From contig JAQYCY010000068.1 in NCBI GenBank assembly GCA_028724485.1, positions 1 to 35,708 of the forward strand: 35,708 nucleotides of DNA, given 5' to 3'. The stretch's first letter is position 1, and every line of letters begins with the position of its first letter. Under the pieces are notes generated by a model that was not told where the DNA came from, did not search any database, and worked only from the letters and a program-made list of their open reading frames with translations. This DNA is from Bacillota bacterium. Lineage in GTDB: Bacteria; Bacillota; Clostridia; Christensenellales; CAG-917. Both the position numbers and the translations under genes were made by a program. Of this stretch, positions 18,435 through 25,868 are shown piece by piece.

Positions 18435-19084
18435 AAAGAAAGTTTTTATTGTTTACTTTGATGTGCTGTTTAGCGTTTTGCGCGGTATTTTTGACTGCGT
18501 GCGACAGTACGGAAAAAAGCGGCGAGCTTTATATGACGATAAAATCGTTTTCTTATGACAGCGAAAGCGATACGGTGACCGCATTAGTTAGCGTATCGTC
18601 AAAGGAAAAGTCGGACATAGTCGGAAAAAGCGTTATCAAAACAGAGAAAAAAGGATTTTTTATCTGCTATTCATATAATTACGAATTTGACGCGGACATT
18701 TGGAACAAAGTAAAAGCCGCGGCGGTCGTAAACGAAGACTTGGAAAACGCTTTGAACGAACTCGGCGTTGACAGAGAATATAACGTAAAGTTGCAATACG
18801 TGTACGCAACCGACTATAAGTCGGTGTCCGCTGACGGAAAAATGTCGCAAAAGGGCAAAGTAAAAACGTTTGTCTGGGATTATTCCGACGGCGAAAAAAT
18901 TCAAATGAAACTTAGTCAGCGTGTGGAAAATAGAATGGCTTGGTACGGTCTTATCATAGGTCTTACGCTTACGATTACGGCTGCCATAACTATACCTATA
19001 GAAGTTTTAAAATTCAAGAACTATATAAAGAGAGAAAAAGAACGAAATGCCTCAAACGAAAACAATCAACAAAACGGAAATTAA
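18425..19084 (+). CDS. Hypothetical lipoprotein with an additional C-terminal TM helix
   Basis: A GTG start lies 8 nt after GAGGAG. The signal peptide MHLKRKFLLFTLMCCLAFCAVFLTAC has lipobox LTAC, and there is a C-terminal helix WYGLIIGLTLTITAAITIPI. The gene overlaps the pepF stop by 10 nt. Confidence 0.55.
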   Translation: MHLKRKFLLFTLMCCLAFCAVFLTACDSTEKSGELYMTIKSFSYDSESDTVTALVSVSSKEKSDIVGKSVIKTEKKGFFICYSYNYEFDADIWNKVKAAAVVNEDLENALNELGVDREYNVKLQYVYATDYKSVSADGKMSQKGKVKTFVWDYSDGEKIQMKLSQRVENRMAWYGLIIGLTLTITAAITIPIEVLKFKNYIKREKERNASNENNQQNGN

Positions 19085-19097
19085 AGAAGGAAGAAGT

Positions 19098-20513
19098 ATG
19101 CCTTTCAATATCGAAGCGGAGCAAGCTATTTTATGTTCCGTTTTGATAGATAAGACTGCCGCAGACGAGTACCTCCCGCGACTTAAATCAGACGATTTCT
19201 ATTCCGACAGAAATAGAATTATTTTTGAAACCGCAAAAGAAATTTTGGACGAATCTATTCCCGTAGATACGGTTTCGCTTGTCGACAGACTTTCGGTTAA
19301 GGGCAAGCTCGACGCCGTAGGAAGCGTAAGCTACATAACGGAGCTTACTTCGGTTGTTCCGTCTGCCGCAAACAGCGGTTACTATTTCAAAATCGTCCAG
19401 CGTGACGGACTTTTAAGACGCATAATAAACGTCGGAAACGAAGTCACGAAAAAGGGCTATTCGGCGACCGATGAAGTAGAGGCTTTAAACTTTGCCGAAA
19501 GCACCATTTTTAAAATTGCCGAAGATAGAGATAATTCAACTATGACGAAGATTTCCAACGCCGCAAACAAAGCGGTTGACGAAATCGCGGAAATTCAAAA
19601 AGGTCACGTTCCGCAGGAGCGTATCAACACGGGCATACCTACGCTTGATAAACATACGTTTGGATTTAAGCCGGGCGAACTGATTTTGCTTGCGGCGCGT
19701 CCTTCCGTCGGTAAAACCGCTTTTGCTCTTAACATTGCGACGAACGCAGCGATAAACGAACACAAAAAAGTCGCTATTTTCTCAATGGAAATGCCGTCGA
19801 CGTTGCTTGCCAAAAGAATTTTAGCGTACATTTCAAGAGTGTCTATGGCTGACGCATCCAGACCGCGCGGACTGTCAAACGAAGAAATGTCGCTTCTTTA
19901 CAGAGCTGCAAAAAAACTCGATTCCGCCGAAATTTATATCGACGACTATTCGCTCAATACGCCGGTAGATATTCTATCGAAGTGCCGCAGATTGAAGCGT
20001 GAAAAAAAAGGCTTAGACCTTATCGTTGTCGACTATTTGCAACTTATGTCGCTCGGTTACAGGGGCGGCGAACGTCAACAAGAAGTCGCCGATATGTCGA
20101 GAAAATTGAAACTTTACGCAGGCGAATTGCAAGTTCCTATTCTCGTTTTGTCACAAATGTCTCGTGACGTCGAAAAGCGTACGGGAACGGGAAGCGCAAA
20201 AGAGCCTAAACTCAGCGACCTTCGTGAATCGGGCGCAATCGAACAAGACGCCGACGTTGTTATGTTTTTGCATCGTCCCGATCCTGCCGATTTCTCTCAG
20301 GTCAAACTTATGCTTCTTAAAAACAGAAACGGCGCAATCAACGATAACATTATGCTTCACTGGGACGGCGCGACGACTTCGTTTTCGGAATCGCAAAACA
20401 AGCCGCCTGTGGCAAAAGTCGAAGAAACGGTTTCCGACGTCAAGCCGATTTCAGAAGCGGTCGACGACGTTTTTGAAGATGAAAACGACCCGTTGTTTGG
20501 TTCTTCGGACTAA
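19098..20513 (+). CDS. dnaB: Replicative DNA helicase (DnaB family; DnaC in Bacillus nomenclature)
   Basis: Motifs include PFNIEAEQAILCSVL at the N-terminus, Walker A ARPSVGKTAF, VVDYLQLM, SQMSRDVEKR and ESGAIEQDADVV. The ATG at 19098 is preferred (SD AAGGAAG, no overlap) over the track start at 19047. Confidence 0.92.
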   Translation: MPFNIEAEQAILCSVLIDKTAADEYLPRLKSDDFYSDRNRIIFETAKEILDESIPVDTVSLVDRLSVKGKLDAVGSVSYITELTSVVPSAANSGYYFKIVQRDGLLRRIINVGNEVTKKGYSATDEVEALNFAESTIFKIAEDRDNSTMTKISNAANKAVDEIAEIQKGHVPQERINTGIPTLDKHTFGFKPGELILLAARPSVGKTAFALNIATNAAINEHKKVAIFSMEMPSTLLAKRILAYISRVSMADASRPRGLSNEEMSLLYRAAKKLDSAEIYIDDYSLNTPVDILSKCRRLKREKKGLDLIVVDYLQLMSLGYRGGERQQEVADMSRKLKLYAGELQVPILVLSQMSRDVEKRTGTGSAKEPKLSDLRESGAIEQDADVVMFLHRPDPADFSQVKLMLLKNRNGAINDNIMLHWDGATTSFSESQNKPPVAKVEETVSDVKPISEAVDDVFEDENDPLFGSSD

Positions 20514-20524
20514 TTTAAATTTAC

Positions 20525-20552
20525 AAAAGCCACCGCATAGCGGTGGTTTTTT
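20525..20552 (+). terminator. Rho-independent terminator after dnaB
   Basis: CCACCGC (20530-20536), loop ATA, GCGGTGG (20540-20546), then T6. Confidence 0.85.
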
Positions 20553-20570
20553 AATTCTTTAATAAACCTG

Positions 20571-20624
20571 TTTTAAGCGCACAATTAAATAATCGAATTT
20601 TAAGCGCACAATTAAACAATCGAA
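20571..20624. repeat. 27-bp tandem duplication (2 copies, 1 mismatch)
   Basis: TTTTAAGCGCACAATTAAATAATCGAA (20571-20597) is followed directly by TTTTAAGCGCACAATTAAACAATCGAA (20598-20624). Confidence 0.95.
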
Positions 20625-20784
20625 AACTTATTGTAATCAATTCTATCTTTGTTAGTATTCAAGACTTTATTGAACAAGTAGCTTTTCAAAATCAAAAATA
20701 GCATACACATTTTGCAGTCGGAACTTTATAAATAGGAAAACTTCGGTGATTCATATACTCGTTGGAAGTCGCGTATAATTAGAT

Positions 20785-21033
20785 ATGTTTAAAGACGAAA
20801 TTTTGAGAAAATTTAATGCCGAAGAGCTTTGCGATTACGAAATAATTTTTTTCGGCAAATGCAAGGTTGCATTCAGCGGCATAAAGGGCGTTACGTTTTT
20901 AAGCGAAACGGAAATACGCCTTAAAACGAAAAAAAACGTTCTGACTTTAAAGGGTAACGGCTTGTCGCTTGTCGAAGTCGGCGGCTTTGAAGCCTACGTT
21001 ACGGGCGAGGTAGTAAGTTTTGAGATTGTTTGA
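20785..21033 (+). CDS. yqfC: YabP/YqfC-family sporulation protein
   Basis: 82 aa. The pattern (...FSGIKGVTFLSETEIRLKTKKNVLTLKGNGLSLVEV...) and its position directly before yqfD match YqfC. There is no SD, and an in-frame TAA at 20776 excludes an upstream start. Confidence 0.7.
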   Translation: MFKDEILRKFNAEELCDYEIIFFGKCKVAFSGIKGVTFLSETEIRLKTKKNVLTLKGNGLSLVEVGGFEAYVTGEVVSFEIV

Positions 21034-21955
21034 TCGCAGTAAATTCGAATGTAAAGGAAGCGTTAGCGGAATTCTCGCTTTGTCAAAAAAAGTGAAGATA
21101 TACGACGTATCTAAGCAGGGCGAAACGATTACTTTTTGGTGCCATTTAAAAGATGAGCAAAAGTGTATTGCCATTTTGACCGATATGTGCTATAATTTTG
21201 CCGTAAAAAACAGAAGGGGATTTCTGCCGTTTTTTAAAAAGGCTATTTCAAGGACGGGCATTTTGGCAGGGCTTGCAATAGCTATAATCGTGACGGCAAT
21301 TTATCCGCTTTTCGTTTTGGACGTGAAAGTAAACGAATCGGAATACGAGTCGGCAGTGCTTGAAGTTTTGTCGGCAAGCGGCGTGAAGAAGTATAGCTTT
21401 GCTTTTAAAGTCGATACTAACGATATAGAAAAAAAGCTACTATCATTAGACGGAGTTTCGTTTGCTAAGGTTACGAGATGCGGGACGCTAATAAACGTCA
21501 GTCTTGAAAAAGAATTGCCAAAAGCCGAGATTTTTACCGTTTCAAATGAACCTGTTGTTGCAAAAAAGCGAGCTGTTTTTAGCCGTGCGGTTGTTTTTAG
21601 CGGAACGTGCGTAAAAAAATACGGCGACGTAGTCGACATCGGCGACGCTTTAATCGAAGGCTATCTTATCGTAGGCGAAGAAAAAGTGCCTTGCGCAGCG
21701 GAAGGTATAGTGTTCGGCAAAGTTTATTACGAAGCCGAGCTGTTTTACAACCATACGGGTGGATATAAAATCGAAGACTGCAAGAAAACCGTGAAAATGC
21801 TTGCCGTTTCAAAAATCGACAAAGATGCGTCGATTTTATCCGAAAGTTATGAAGTTTATGACGTGGACGGCGGCTTTAACGTTAAAGTTTTGATTGAAAC
21901 GGAAGAAAGAATTGACCTTGCCAAAACCGAAACAACGAAGCAGACAAGTCGATAG
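21020..21955 (+). CDS. yqfD: Sporulation protein YqfD
   Basis: 311 aa with a TTG start 9 nt after GAGG. The architecture matches YqfD (N-terminal cytoplasmic part, one TM helix GILAGLAIAIIVTAIYPLFVL, C-terminal domain), as does the synteny with yqfC. Confidence 0.75.
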   Translation: MRLFDRSKFECKGSVSGILALSKKVKIYDVSKQGETITFWCHLKDEQKCIAILTDMCYNFAVKNRRGFLPFFKKAISRTGILAGLAIAIIVTAIYPLFVLDVKVNESEYESAVLEVLSASGVKKYSFAFKVDTNDIEKKLLSLDGVSFAKVTRCGTLINVSLEKELPKAEIFTVSNEPVVAKKRAVFSRAVVFSGTCVKKYGDVVDIGDALIEGYLIVGEEKVPCAAEGIVFGKVYYEAELFYNHTGGYKIEDCKKTVKMLAVSKIDKDASILSESYEVYDVDGGFNVKVLIETEERIDLAKTETTKQTSR

Positions 21956-22065
21956 AGCAATAAAAACGATAGAATTAGCGGCGACTAAGCAAGTCGCAAA
22001 ATATTACGATTGACGAAAAACATATCAATCCGAATACAAATCGATAAACAAAGCGGGGACGTTTT

Positions 22066-23529
22066 ATGGATAAAACTAAAAAAGTTTTAGAGAGAAAATG
22101 GAATTGGAAAGTTTTCCTTTTAAGTCAGATAGCGGTGATTTTATGTTCCGCTGTCGTGTCTGTCGTGACCATTTTTTTAATATCGTACGGTACGGCAATT
22201 CAAAAAGCTAACATCGGAACCGTTGTCGGCATCATTTTGTCAAACGTTTTACTGTTTGAAACGCTTTATTTATCGTTATTCGTTTTCGACCCGTCGCATC
22301 TTACGAAAACGTCGCAATACGTTCTTAACGCAATCGTCATTACGATTACTTTTGTTATCAGCGCGGTTATGTATCGTTATTGTTCGCCGTTTGCCGTGCC
22401 GATCCAACTTTGCGCGATTCTCCTTTGTATTTTGGTCGGAATGAAGACGGGTGCAATCAGCATGTTTAATCTCGTCTTTATTATTCTCGTAAATCTCGTT
22501 TTAAGAGGCGCGTACCTAAGAAACGACATAATAACGATTACAGCGGCAGTCGTAGGCAATTTGCTTAGCGGCGGCGCAATGATTTATTTTTCATCGAAGC
22601 ATTATACAAGAATTAGATTTTTGCTTTTTTGCTTGCTTGCAGGGTTGAGTTGCGTACCGTATATAATCGTATTGTCCGTTTCAATGGGAATTGCCGACAT
22701 TACGCTTTTATACAACGTGCTTTGGGGACTATTGTCGTCGGTAATAAGCATAGTACTTTATTTCCCGCTTGTCATTTTGTTTGAAGCGATATTCAACACG
22801 ACGGACGATTTCAGGCTCGACGAGCTTTGCCGTCTTGACCAGCCGCTGTTAAAGCGTCTTGCAAGCGAAGCGCCCGGCACGTTCAATCACAGCCTTGTCG
22901 TAGGTAACCTTGCGGAAAGTTGCGCTATCGCAATCGGCGAAAACAGCAGACTGGCGAAAGCGGCGGCGTATTATCACGACGTAGGAAAACTTAAAGCGCC
23001 GATTTATTTCATTGAAAATCAATCGAATTACAATCCGCACGACGAGCTTATTCCCGAAGTCAGCGTCAGTATGATAACGTCGCACACTATGTTCGGCGAA
23101 ATACTCAACAAGCAATATCGTTTGCCGGAAGAAATTTGCAAAATCAGTTTGGAGCATCACGGCACTTCGCCTGTCGGATATTTCTATCAAAAGGCGCTTT
23201 TGCTCACCGAAGGCGCGGCGGACAAAGTAAACTTTTCTTATCAAGGACCGAAACCGTCGTCGAAAATTTCGGCAATTATTATGATTGCCGACACTGTCGA
23301 AGCGGCAACGAGAGCATATATGCCGCCGACGAAAGAAGAATTCGTTCAACGTATAAACAGTCTTGTCGACGACAAACTCAAACTCGGGCAGTTCGACGAG
23401 TGTCCGATAACTATGGAAGAATTGACAGTTATTAAAAATACGATAGTAAACGTTTTGCCGAGTATTCACCATTCGAGAGTATCGTATGGCGAAACTCCGT
23501 CAAAAAAAGAAAATAAAGAGAATAAGTAA
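22066..23529 (+). CDS. 7TM-HD (HDIG) membrane phosphohydrolase, YqfF/PgpH-like (candidate c-di-AMP phosphodiesterase), short form without the N-terminal extracellular domain
   Basis: Multiple TM helices are followed by HD-domain motifs (FNHSLVVGNLAE, AAYYHDVGKL, HHGTSPV, IMIADTVEAATR). It occupies the conserved position upstream of ybeY. Confidence 0.8.
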   Translation: MDKTKKVLERKWNWKVFLLSQIAVILCSAVVSVVTIFLISYGTAIQKANIGTVVGIILSNVLLFETLYLSLFVFDPSHLTKTSQYVLNAIVITITFVISAVMYRYCSPFAVPIQLCAILLCILVGMKTGAISMFNLVFIILVNLVLRGAYLRNDIITITAAVVGNLLSGGAMIYFSSKHYTRIRFLLFCLLAGLSCVPYIIVLSVSMGIADITLLYNVLWGLLSSVISIVLYFPLVILFEAIFNTTDDFRLDELCRLDQPLLKRLASEAPGTFNHSLVVGNLAESCAIAIGENSRLAKAAAYYHDVGKLKAPIYFIENQSNYNPHDELIPEVSVSMITSHTMFGEILNKQYRLPEEICKISLEHHGTSPVGYFYQKALLLTEGAADKVNFSYQGPKPSSKISAIIMIADTVEAATRAYMPPTKEEFVQRINSLVDDKLKLGQFDECPITMEELTVIKNTIVNVLPSIHHSRVSYGETPSKKENKENK

Positions 23530-23531
23530 AA

Positions 23532-24011
23532 ATGACAGATACGGTAAATTTTTCAAACGTCCCTCTGAAATACAAGGGGATTATAAAAAAAGTTTTTAAA
23601 GGCACTGCCGAATATTTCGGCATAAATGGGATATTCAGTCTTGAAGTCGTGTTCCTTGATGAAAGTGCAATGAAAGAACTTAACAAAAGTCAAAGAAAAG
23701 TCGATAAAACGACAGACGTACTAAGTTTTCCGTCGCTTGAAATAGGTCGGCAGTTTCCGATAAAAGCCGAAACGCTCACGCCGGACGTTTTTGACGGAAA
23801 GAGATATTCGCTCGGAAGCATTGCTATATGTCCTGCGGTTATGAAGTCGCAAGCCGCCGAATATGGACATTCGACCGAAAGGGAAGCCGCGTTTTTGGCG
23901 TCGCATGGAATGTTGCACCTTTTGGGCTTTGACCACATGAACGAAGACGACGAAAAAGAAATGAGAGAACATCAAGAAAAAATTTTAAAGCCGCTTGGCT
24001 TTGTGAGGTAA
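23532..24011 (+). CDS. ybeY: rRNA maturation endoribonuclease YbeY
   Basis: 159 aa with the metal motif HGMLHLLGFDH and TDVLSFP. Confidence 0.92.
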   Translation: MTDTVNFSNVPLKYKGIIKKVFKGTAEYFGINGIFSLEVVFLDESAMKELNKSQRKVDKTTDVLSFPSLEIGRQFPIKAETLTPDVFDGKRYSLGSIAICPAVMKSQAAEYGHSTEREAAFLASHGMLHLLGFDHMNEDDEKEMREHQEKILKPLGFVR

Positions 24012-24012
24012 A

Positions 24013-24906
24013 ATGAAATCGGGATTTATTTGCATTGCGGGACTTCCCAACGCGGGAAAATCGACGCTTATCAATACGCTTGTAGGCGAAAAGGTTGCCA
24101 TAGTGTCTTGGCGACCGCAGACCACCAGAAACAATATTTTAGGCATACTTAACCTTGATGACGCGCAACTTGTGTTCGTTGACACCCCCGGTTTCCATAA
24201 GCCTAAAAATACGCTCGGCGATTATATGAACAAAACCGTTACGACATCGGTCAAGGACGCCGATTGTTTGCTTTACGTCATTGACGCCGCAAAAGGGCTG
24301 ACTGAGGCCGACAATGAATTTTTGGAAAATCAAAGAGGAAAGTTGCCGACCATAATAGCTTTAAACAAACAGGACAGCGTTACAAGAGAAACTCTGTTTA
24401 AAGTGCTTCAAGAATTAAATAAGTTTGATTTTGTAAAGGAAATTATCCCTGTTTCGGCAAAGAAAGGCAATGGCACGGACGTACTTTTGGAAGCGGTTAA
24501 AAAAATCGTTCCCGACGGAGAAAAACTTTTCCCTGACGATATGTATACGGATAGGACGTTGCGGTTTATGGCTCAAGAAATCATACGAGAAAAGGGGCTT
24601 TACTTGCTTGACAAGGAAATCCCATATGGTTTAGGCGTTGAAATAACCGAATTTAAACAGCGCGAAGACAAACCGATAACAGACGTATCGGCAGATATAA
24701 TTGTCGAAAAGCAGTCGCACAAGGCAATAGTTATAGGAAAAGGCGGAAGTATGTTGAAACAAATCGCGACAAATGCGAGAGTTGACCTTGAAGAACTTAT
24801 CGGTACGAAAGTGTTTTTGACGCTTTACGTTAAGGTTAAACCCGAGTGGCGCAACAGCGAATATTTGATGCGTGAATTAGGCTATGACGTTAAGGACGTA
24901 AAATAA
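24013..24906 (+). CDS. era: GTPase Era
   Basis: 297 aa with G1 GLPNAGKST, G3 DTPG, G4 NKQD and a C-terminal KH domain (VIGKGGSMLKQI). Confidence 0.95.
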   Translation: MKSGFICIAGLPNAGKSTLINTLVGEKVAIVSWRPQTTRNNILGILNLDDAQLVFVDTPGFHKPKNTLGDYMNKTVTTSVKDADCLLYVIDAAKGLTEADNEFLENQRGKLPTIIALNKQDSVTRETLFKVLQELNKFDFVKEIIPVSAKKGNGTDVLLEAVKKIVPDGEKLFPDDMYTDRTLRFMAQEIIREKGLYLLDKEIPYGLGVEITEFKQREDKPITDVSADIIVEKQSHKAIVIGKGGSMLKQIATNARVDLEELIGTKVFLTLYVKVKPEWRNSEYLMRELGYDVKDVK

Positions 24907-25000
24907 GGCGAAACGATTTATTGACTATTCAAAAAGAGCAATAGATTTCCGATCAAAATTCCGAGAGTGTTTAGATTTTAGCGATTAAATTCATAAAAGT

Positions 25001-25071
25001 AAATATCTAAAAATATCTAAACCGCACGTCTTGAATAAAAAACATAAACCGCACGTCTCGAATAAAAACAT
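25001..25071. repeat. Two adjacent short tandem duplications: 10 bp x2, then about 26 bp x2
   Basis: AAATATCTAA occurs twice (25001-25020). AAACCGCACGTCTTGAATAAAAAACAT (25019-25045) is followed by AAACCGCACGTCTCGAATAAAAACAT (25046-25071), differing by 1 substitution and 1 single-base indel. Confidence 0.95.
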
Positions 25072-25083
25072 CGGAACGGTAAA

Positions 25084-25092
25084 TGCTATAAT
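25084..25092 (+). promoter_or_regulatory. Candidate extended -10 element TGcTATAAT upstream of yqzL-recO
   Basis: This is the same 9-mer as in the 8533-8541 promoter. The -35 region is occupied by the tandem repeat and has no TTGACA-like hexamer. Confidence 0.4.
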
Positions 25093-25093
25093 T

Positions 25094-25189
25094 ATGAAAG
25101 ACAATAAAGATATGATGTGGAAATTGTTTTGCAAAACGGGGAAAATAGGCTATTATAGTTTATATAAAAATTTAAGCGATGACGAGTGA
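25094..25189 (+). CDS. yqzL: YqzL-like small protein (31 aa; not in the supplied ORF track)
   Basis: The translation is MKDNKDMMWKLFCKTGKIGYYSLYKNLSDDE*. The W-K-L-F-x-x-T-G-x-I-x-x-Y core and the era/recO position match the YqzL family of Bacillus. The gene overlaps the recO start by 11 nt. The start could instead be ATG 25112 or 25115. Confidence 0.55.
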   Translation: MKDNKDMMWKLFCKTGKIGYYSLYKNLSDDE

Positions 25190-25868
25190 CGGAAAAATAA
25201 CGGCGATATGTTGCAAATGTATCGATTATAAGGAAAACGACAAATTGGTGACACTTGTTTCGGCAGAATGCGGACAGGTTGTTGCCACTTTAAAAGGCGT
25301 AAAAAAAGTAAACGCAAAACTTAAATACGCCGCAATGCCTTTTAATTTCGGTGAATACACGCTTGTGGGAAAAGAAGGAAAGTACATAGTATCCGATTGC
25401 AATCAGATTGAAAGTTTTTCTGAAATTTCTTACGACATTAAGTGTTATTATGCAGGTTTTGCAATTTTAAAATCGCTTATGGATTTCAGCCTTGAAAATA
25501 CGCCATGCCCGAAACTCGTTTCGGTGGCGGTCAGAGCGTTGAAAGCCCTTGCCATTGACAAAGTTTATCCGACGAGAGTATACAACAAGTTTGTTTTGTA
25601 TGCGCTGGATTGTCTTGGATACAGACTTGACTTTAAGTTTTGCGCAGTTTGCGGAAAAGAACTTGACGAAGCGTATTTTTCAAAAGACGACGGCGTTATA
25701 TGCGAAAACTGCGGTTCGTTTTTTAAGACAAAGATACCGCACGAAGTTTTTGAAAACTTAAAGACAGGCGGTACAAGCGTCGACGAAAGAGTTCAGCGCA
25801 ATACGAACATTTTTTTAAATCAAGTGGTTTACGAAATGCTCGGCGTCAAAATTACGATTTTAGAATAG
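25179..25868 (+). CDS. recO: DNA repair protein RecO
   Basis: 229 aa with an N-terminal OB-fold part and a zinc-binding CAVCGK...CENCG. It occupies the conserved position after era. Confidence 0.85.
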   Translation: MTSDGKITAICCKCIDYKENDKLVTLVSAECGQVVATLKGVKKVNAKLKYAAMPFNFGEYTLVGKEGKYIVSDCNQIESFSEISYDIKCYYAGFAILKSLMDFSLENTPCPKLVSVAVRALKALAIDKVYPTRVYNKFVLYALDCLGYRLDFKFCAVCGKELDEAYFSKDDGVICENCGSFFKTKIPHEVFENLKTGGTSVDERVQRNTNIFLNQVVYEMLGVKITILE

